Shown: in pieces, positions 54,066 through 64,000 of the stretch
Layout: every line of letters begins with the position of its first letter
How positions within the stretch are numbered: the stretch's first letter is position 1
Notes under the pieces: generated by a model
What the model was told of the DNA's origin: nothing
The model's input: the letters and a program-made list of their open reading frames with translations, nothing else
Databases searched by the model: none
Assembly: GCF_009914755.1 (NCBI RefSeq)
Contig: NC_060932.1
Origin: the human T2T-CHM13v2.0 reference genome, Homo sapiens
DNA: 64,000 bases
Direction: 5' to 3' (one strand)
Translations under genes and position numbers: made by a program

Positions 54066-55105
54066 TAGCTGGGATCACAGGTGTGTACCACCATCCCTGG
54101 ATAATTTTTTTGTATTTTTAGTAGAGACAGGGCTTCACTATGTTGGCCAGTTTGTCTCAAACTCCTGACCTCAAGCGATCAGCCTGCCTCCACCTCCCAA
54201 AGTGCTGGGATAACAGGTGTGAGCCACTGTGCCTGGCCCTGACCCAGACTTTAAAATAAATCATCCTGTATTCACGGATTTATTTTTCCAGTTTTGGAGG
54301 GAAATTATGAGAAGGGTGGATTAGTCACTCAAATCTCTGCTAAATTCAAGGAGACTGGAGCTTCCTACAGTTTAGATCTGGTTCCCTGGCAAATTGCCTG
54401 TGATTTGCTTTAACATTTATACTTCTCCTGCCAAGGGCATGCTATTTTCCTGGAACTGTGGTCTCTTTGCCATGATATTTATTCTGTATTTATCCCACAG
54501 ACTCCATGGCCGAGTTAATCGCTGATGGAGCCTGAACTGAACCCAAAGCCTTCCGGTGATTCTGATCACACACTTGGAGCGGCTAGAGAAGACCTAGACA
54601 GATATAGTCATCAAATGGAAAAATCCTCAACATCCTTGTGAATGGCAGCATGTGAAGGTAAATCAGGGGTTGGGGTGGTCACCCATAGACAGCATTATGA
54701 ATTCTTATTATTGTTAATATCTGTAACAGAAATTATTTGCCTCCAGGCCAAGCACAGTGGCTCATGCCTGTAATCCCAGCATTTTGGGAGGCCAAGGTGG
54801 GAGGATTGCTTCAGGCCAGGAGTTCAAAACCAGCCTGGGCAATATAGTGAGAGCCTATTTCTACAAAATAATTTTTAAAATAATAAAAAAAAAGAAGCCA
54901 GGTGTGGTGGCTCACCCCTGTAATCCCAGCACTTTGGGAGGCCAAGGCGGGTGGATCACCTGAGTGATGCTGAGTGACCTGATTGTTGAGAACCAAAAAT
55001 CAGCCTGGGCACATGGTGAAACCCCATCTCTACTAAAAATTAAAAAAATATTTAGCTGGGCATGGTGACACACGTTTGTGGTCCCAGCTACTTGGGAGGC
55101 TGAGA

Positions 55106-55276
55106 GCAAGAAATTTGGAAGGGGTCTGGGTCCCTGATGAATCCAGACCTCCCATTCCAGTTCTGGAATGCCCTTCCAGATTTTTATGTAAGAGAGAAAT
55201 GAATTGCTATCCTGTTTAAGCCACTGTCACTGTGATCTTTCTGTCACTTGCAGCTGAGTGGAATCCTAAATGATAA
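55106..55276 (+). mobile_element. MLT1 LTR 3' fragment
   Basis: 'ctgggtccctgatga...tgtaagagagaaat...tgtttaagccactg...gtcacttgcagctga...cctaaatgata'. Confidence 0.8.
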
Positions 55277-55844
55277 AGTCTTCCATCTTTAGAATGAATA
55301 TTCTGGATCAAGTAATCTTTTCTCTCTCTCTTCTCTTCTTTTCTTTGTCTTTCTGAGTCTGAATGCACATGTGATTGGAATGAGGAGGTCTGGTCTTTCC
55401 ACTGCTGACCTCTTGCTGGCCAAGATCTCCTTAAAACTCTGACTTCTCTCACAACTTAGCCATTGTTGAGAACCAAAAATGAGTTCTACCCACAAAATGT
55501 CCCGGCAAACCTGGTAGACATTCTCCAAATACCCGTGTGGACAAAGTTTGAGGATGTGACTAAAATATCATCAAAATTAAAGTTAATTATAAATTTCCCA
55601 TCATCTAAGAAAAGTAGGAATTATAAATCCCAGTGGGGAGATGTGAATTTGGCTGTTAGCAATAGTGATGAGTGTAGATTCTGGGGATAGTTAGTGAAGA
55701 CATAAAACTTGGCAACTAAAGTCGTGGAGACAAAGCTCCTGCTTGGGACATGGGTGACCCGCACCGTACAAAACAACGGCAACCACTCAGATCTTCCTTC
55801 AACCGGAAACTGGTAATTATCCCTTATTTTAAATAGTTGATTTA

Positions 55845-56131
<287 letters not shown>

Positions 56132-58468
56132 TCATCTCAAATAAATAAATTAATCAATTAAATAAAAAACATCAAGCCAAACAAATGGCTGCAGGAGATT
56201 CCTGGCCCCCAGAGTTACCAAGAGTAACACCCAGAAGAGTCAGCTCAAATGCTCAGTAACCTTGGATGGTTCTCTCTGGTTTGCCCCAGAGTATGGGTTT
56301 TGTCTATTTTTCAAGATAGCCAACTAGGGACTTCTGGTTCTGGGAAGATGAAATAGACATATTTCTCCCTAGTTTTTCCCACTGAGTATAACTAAAAACC
56401 CTGAAAAATTATATAAAAACAAACATAAGAAACCCAGAGAGATGGAGAGAAGAAGACAGACCAACTAAGGACATTGAGTCCAGCATGGTGGTGAATCCCT
56501 GGGTTTTCCTTTTGATTCTGGCCCTTACCCCTGCAAATGCTACCAAATGTTGAGTGGGAGACTAGATGTCCCATCTCATGAGGCTGTAATGTAAACTGTG
56601 AATATAAAATGCATAGGTAGAGCCTACTGCCAGGGTGGTATGAGAGAGGGCAGAATAGAGGGCCAAGAATTTCATCCCTAATAGGAGATAATGACCCCCA
56701 CCCCCGCAACCCCACTTTATGGAATCCATGGAGACCACGTGAGGGTCCTGGACTTCTACCCCTAACTCACAGTAATGAGCCCCTGCAATGGCCTTTCCAC
56801 TGGAGTGGTGGCAGAGGAGCCCTAGCAGAGAGTCAGGACTTTCACCACTGCCTAGCAGTAACAAGGTCACTCTGCACCTTGTGGCCTCAGTGGCCATATG
56901 TAGTGTAGTAACCAGGCATCCCTACCTCTACCAGCCAGGGAAGTATCAATGCAGGCCTATTGGAAGGCTGGAACTCTCACTCCCACCTAGCAATAAAAAT
57001 AAGTACTTTTTCCTCTATCAGATATAAACAGAGTCAACTGAGAGATCTGGATTTCTACCTCCATTTAGCAGTAATGAGGCAGAACTCCTTCTTCCCTTGC
57101 CAGAATAATGTCACAGAAAGCCACCAGAAACAGAAGGTATTGATAAGATCCAAAGTCTCATAACACCCCCAAATTCCAAGTTTAAATAAAAAATCGTTCA
57201 TTATGAATGATCCAAAAACCATGAAGGTCTCAAATTGAATGGAAAAAAAAATCAGTGGATGCCAACACCAAGATGACAGAGATGTTAGAATGATCTTGAA
57301 AAGATTTTAAAGTAGCCATTATAAAAATGCCTCAATGAGCAATCAAGAACAAGCTTAAAACAAACAAATAAGCAAACAAAAACACTCAGCAAAGAAATAG
57401 AAAGCCTCAGCAAAGAAGTGGAAGATATGAAGTAGAACCAAATTAAAACTTTAGATGTGAAAAATACAATAACAGAAATTATAAGCTCAGTGAATGGGCT
57501 CATCAGCAAAATAGAAGGCACAGAGGAACAAATCAGTAAACTTGAAGATGGAATGACAGACATTACCCAATCTGAACAGAGAGAAAATAGACTTTAAAAA
57601 AATGAACAGAATTGCAAGGACTTGTGGGACTGTAACAAAAGGGCTAATATTTGTGTCACTGAATTCCTGGAAGAAGAAGAAAAAAAAGAGGGCAATGCTG
57701 AAAAGTATTGGAAGAAATAATGGTGAAAAATTTCCAAGTTTGGCAGAAACATAAGCTACAGATTCCAGAAGATGAGTAAAACCCAAACAGAATAAAACAA
57801 AAAAAATCCAGGCCAACACACTTCATAATCAAATTTCTAAAAACTGAAGATGAAGAAAAAATCTTGAAAGCAGCAAGAAAAGAACAACATGTTACTTACA
57901 GAGGGAAAGAAATCAATCTTAATGACAGTAGATTTTTCATCAGAAACCATGGATTCTGGAAGGAAGTGGCACAACATTTTTCAAGTGCTGAAAGAAAAGA
58001 ACTGCCAACCAAGAATCCTGTACGCAGTGAAAATATCCTTCAGGAAACAAAGGGAAGTCAAGGCATCCTCAAATAAAGGAAAACTAAAACTGTGTCATCA
58101 ACAGACATGTTTTAAATAGGGAAAGGGAGTTCTTGGAAAAAAAAGAAAATGATAAAAGAAGTAATCTCGGAATATCTGGGAAGAAGAAAACACATGGTAA
58201 TAAAAATATGGGTAAATATAATAGATTTTCCTTTCCTAAATTGTGTTTGATGGTTGAAGCAGAAATTATAACACTGTTTGATGAGGTTCTAAATGTATGT
58301 ATAGGAAAAACTTAAGACAATTATGTTAGAAATAGGGAAAAGTAAAGGGGCATAAAAGGAGGTAAAGTTTCTACCGTTCACTCAAACTGGCAAAATGAAA
58401 ACTATAAGAAGTTATGTATATGTAATGAAGAGTAACCACTGAAAAAAGATTTGCAAGGAGATATACTA

Positions 58469-58769
<301 letters not shown>

Positions 58770-58867
58770 CTAAAACAAACAAACAAGATAAATCAAAATG
58801 GAATTCTAATAAATGTTTAAGTAACCTACAAGAAAGTAGTAAAAAGAAAACAGAGAAATAAATTTTA

Positions 58868-59186
<319 letters not shown>

Positions 59187-59526
59187 TCAAAAATAAATAA
59201 ATAAGTAAATAAATAAAAATAAAAGAACAAAAACGTGATCCAACTATATGCTATGTACAAGAACCTCTCTTCAAATATAATGACAGAGGCAGGTGGAAAG
59301 TAAAAGGATGAAATAAGAAGTATCAAAAAGATTAATCAAAGGAAAGCAGAAATGGCTATATTAATATTAGATAAAGTAGACTTTAGAGAAAAGAAAATTA
59401 CTAGGGACATAGAAGGACATTACATAATAAAAGATTTAATCCTCCAATAACAGACAGCAATCCTAAGTGTGTATGCACCAAACAACTGAGCTGCAAAAAT
59501 ATATGAGGCAAAAACTAATAGAACTG

Positions 59527-59947
59527 TGCTATGGTTTGAATGTTTGTTCCTTACAAATCTCATGTTCATATTTAATCCCCATTGTTGGAGGTGGGATCTG
59601 GTGGGAGGTGTTTGATCATAGGGAAAGATTCCTCATGAATAGCTTAGCAGCCTCCCCTTGGTGATGAGTGAGTTCTTGCTCTGAGTTCATGCAAGATCTG
59701 GTGTTTAAAAGTGTGTGGCACCTTCCTCCCCATCTCTCTCTCCTGCTCCCTCTCCCACCATGTGATATGTCTGCTCCCTCTTGGCCTTCTACCATGACTG
59801 TAAGCCTCCTGAAGCCCTCACCAGAGGCAGATGCTGGCACCATGCTTCTTGTACAGCCTACAGAACTATGAGCCAACTAAACCTCTTTTCTTTATAAATT
59901 ACCCAGTCTCAGATACTCCTTATAGCAATGCAAAAACAGTCTAACAA
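59527..59947. mobile_element. MSTB-like MaLR solo LTR inserted in L1
   Basis: tgctatggtttgaatg...tatagcaatgcaaaaacagtctaaca with 5-bp TSD aactg. Confidence 0.92.
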
Positions 59948-60876
59948 AACTGAAAAGAGAAACAGACACATCTACAATTATAGCTGGAGGTTTCTACACC
60001 TCTCTCTCAATAATTGCTTAGAACAAGCAGACAGAAAATCAAAAGATTGTAAGAAGGCTTAACAACATCATCAACCAACAGGATCTAATTAAACTTTATA
60101 GAGCATTCCACCTAACAACAGCAGAATACATATTCTTTTCCAGTACCCATGGGACACATACCAAGATAGATTACATCCTGGTCCATGAAACAAACTTCAG
60201 AAAATTTTAAATAATTGAAAACATAGAGTGTGTTCTCTGACCAGTGGAATCAAATTAGAAATCAATAAAAGAAAGATGAGGAGTACAACTACAAACACTT
60301 GAAAAATAAGCAACACACTTTGAAGTAATCTACGAGTCAGAGGAAGTCTCAAGGGGAATTAAAAATGCGTTGAATTGAATGAAAATAAAATGGCAGCCTA
60401 CCAAAATTTGTGGGACACAGCTAAAGCAGTGCCAAGAAGGAAATCTAGAATTTTGGGGCTCAAGTGATCCTCCTGCTTCAGCCACCAGAGTAACTGGGAC
60501 TATGCATGCCACCAAGCCAGCAGTTTGGCAGTTAAAAAAAAAAAAAAAAACAAACACGCAGCTACCACGTGACGCAGCAATTGCACTTGTGGGCATTTAA
60601 CTCAGAGAAATGGAAATTTATGTTCACAGAAAACTAACTATACATAAATATTTATAGAAATTTTGTTCATTACTGCTAAAAATTGGAAACAACCTAGATG
60701 TCCTTCCATAGATGAATGATTAAACTTTGGTACATCCATACCATGGAATACTACTCAGCAATAAAAGGGAGCCAACTACTGATACACATATTGATAACAT
60801 GTGTGAATCTCTAGAGGATTATGCTGAGTGAAAAAAGTCAATGCGCAAAGGTTACATACTATATAATTCCATCTAG

Positions 60877-61057
<181 letters not shown>

Positions 61058-61644
61058 TGATCCTCCCACTTCGGCCTCCCAAAGTGCTGGGATTACAGGC
61101 GTGAGCCACCGCACCCGTTTTTTGTTTTTTTTTTTTTCTGAAATGGCGTCTTGCTGTTGCCCAGGCTGGAGTGTAAGTGGCCTCTCAGCTCACTGCAACC
61201 TCTACCAACAGGGTTCAAGCAATTCTTGTGCTTCAGCCACCAAGTAGCTGGGCCTACAGGCACACCACCACACCCGGCTAATTTTTGTATTTTTAGTAGA
61301 GACAAGGTTTTGCCATGTTGGCCAGGCTGGTCTCGAACTCCTGGCCTCAAGTGATCTGCCCACCTCGGCCTCTCAAAGTGCTGGGATTACAGGCATGAGC
61401 CACCATTTCCAGCCTATATAATACTCTTGAAATGACAAAGTTATAGAAATGGAGAATAGATTAGTGGTTGCCAGGGATTACAGAATGATAGGAAGAAAGG
61501 CCCATGGCTATGAAAGGGCTTCATGATAATCCTTGTGATGGAAATGTTCTGTATCTTGACGGTATCAATGTCAATATCCTGATTGTGATCTAGTTTTGCA
61601 ACATGTTACCATTGAGGGAAACTGGATAAAAAAATACACAGGAT

Positions 61645-61712
61645 TTCTCTTTCTTTCTTTCCTTCCTTCCTTCCTTCCTTCCCTCCCTCCCTCCCTCCTT
61701 CCTTCCTTCCTT
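61645..61712. repeat. (TTCC/CTCC)n polypyrimidine repeat
   Basis: Tandem ttcc/ctcc units. Confidence 0.9.
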
Positions 61713-62418
61713 TTTTTTTTTCACACCCAGGAAAGACCTGAGAATCTATTTCTTTTTTCTTTTTTTTTTTTTGAGTCAGGGTCTCGCTTGTTGCCCAGCC
61801 TGGAGTGCAGTGGTGCGATCTTGGCTCACTGCAACCTCCCCACTCCATGGGCTCAAATGATTCCCCCACTTCAGCCTCAGGAGTAGTTGGGGTTACAGGC
61901 ATGCGCCACCACATCTGGCTTACTTCTTTGTTTTTAATTTTCTTTCCGCTTAGTTTTGTATTTTTTGTAGAGACAGGGTTTCGCCATGTAGCCCAGGCTG
62001 GTCTCAAACTTCTGAGCTCAGGCCATCTGCCTGCCTCACCTCCCAAAGTGTTGGGATTACAGGCGTGAGCCACTGCACCTGGCCTGAGAATCTATTTCTT
62101 ATAATTGCATATGAGTCTACAGTTATCCCAAACAAAATTTTTTATTTTTTTATTTTTTACTTTTTTTGAGACGGAGTCTTGTTCTGTCGCCCAGGCTGGA
62201 GTGCAGTGGCGTGATCTCGGCTCATGCAGCCTCTGCCTCCTGGGTTCAAGTGATTCTCCTGCGTCAACCTCCCGAGTAGCTGGGATTATAGCTGCGTGCC
62301 AGCACGCCTGGCTAATTTTTGTATTTTTAGTAGAGACAGGGTTTCACCATGTTGTCCAGGCTGGTCTTGAACTTCTGACCTCAGGTGATCCACCCGCCTC
62401 AGCCTCCCAAAGTGCTAG

Positions 62419-62607
<189 letters not shown>

Positions 62608-63403
62608 TAAATTTATGTTTCAGGCCAGGAGCGGTGGCTCATTCCTGTAATCCCAGCACTTTGAGAGGCTAAGAAGGGCGGATCACCTGAGGTCGGGAGA
62701 TTGAGACCAGCCTGGCCAACATGGAGAAACCTCATCTCCACTAAAAATACAAAAATTAGCTGGGTGTGGCAGTGTGTGCCTGTAGTCCCAGCTACTGGGG
62801 AGGCTGAGGCAGGAGAATCACTTGAAACCAGGAGGCAGAGGTTGCGGTGGGCTGAGATCACGCCATTGCACTACAGCCTGGGCAACAAGAGTGAAACTCT
62901 GTCTCAAAAAAAAAAAAAAAAAACGAAAAACAAACAAAAAAAACACCTGAAAACTTGAGGCCAGGCGCGGTGGATCACGCCTGTAATCCCAGCACTGTGG
63001 GAGGCCAAGGTGGGTGGATCACCTGAGGTCAGGAGTTCGAGACCAGCCTGGCCAACATGGCGAAACCCCGTCTCTACTAAAAATACAAAAATTAGCCAGC
63101 CATGGTGGTGCATGCCTGTCGTCCCAGCTACTTGGGGGACTGAGTCAGGACAATTGCCTGAATCCGGGAGGCAGAGGTTGCAGTGAGCCAAGATCGCACC
63201 ATTGAACTCCAGCTTGGGTGACAGAATGAGACTCCACCTCAAAAAAAGAATAATAATAATTATTATAATAATAAACTGAAAACTTGGACAAGCCCAATGG
63301 CTCACACCTATAATCCCAGCATTTTAGGAAGCAGAGGCGGGAAGATCCCTTGAGCCCAAGAGTTTGAGACCAGCCTGGGCAACACACAGAGACCTTGTCT
63401 CTA

Positions 63404-63654
<251 letters not shown>

Positions 63655-64000
63655 TTAATTTATTAGATGTTCCATGCAAAAGGCAGCCAGTTTTTACACA
63701 GATTTATAAAAAATCGAAGTCTGGGGTTTTCAGGTCAGTACTTAATATGAGGAACCAGAGGTCTTCAGTGTAACTATTTCACTATAAGCCACTGTCCATA
63801 CACACATGAAGTGGTGGCCTTTTCTTGGGTCATGACTCAATTAGGTCCAAGTTAAGTAGCATGAGCCCTGACGAGTCATTCTCATAAGCACCAACACCAT
63901 AACCCACCTTGAGAGGCAGGGGGGTTCTTTTGAGAATTTGCTAATAATATCCAGTCAGAAAAAAATGGTTTTGTTTTGGCCTCCCCTCCTTTAGCTTAGA

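Overview
Primate (human-like) nuclear DNA that is extremely rich in repeats, with about 100 Alu copies or fragments by manual count. I see no intact protein-coding gene and no CpG island, and almost every ORF in the supplied track is a translated Alu or L1. Gene-derived content is three pseudogenes. (1) A processed EDDM3 (epididymal E3, RNase A-related) pseudogene at ~3.6-5.3 kb, apparently copied from an MER21-LTR-initiated spliced mRNA. (2) A U6atac snRNA pseudogene at 7.1 kb. (3) A processed HSPE1 (Hsp10) pseudogene at 37.7-38.6 kb carrying an in-frame Alu. Transposon fossils include a hAT-Tip100 transposase (~34.7-41 kb), a hAT-Charlie transposase (~41-44.1 kb), a two-LTR MaLR provirus, a Tigger1 with both ends that contains a MADE1, several solo LTRs and old L1/L2/MIR pieces. 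There are also junction-level traces of an Alu-mediated inversion and a templated insertion. Family names come from recalled consensus sequences, not a database search. I find no support for a novel multi-gene system; the interesting signals are evolutionary or mechanistic.
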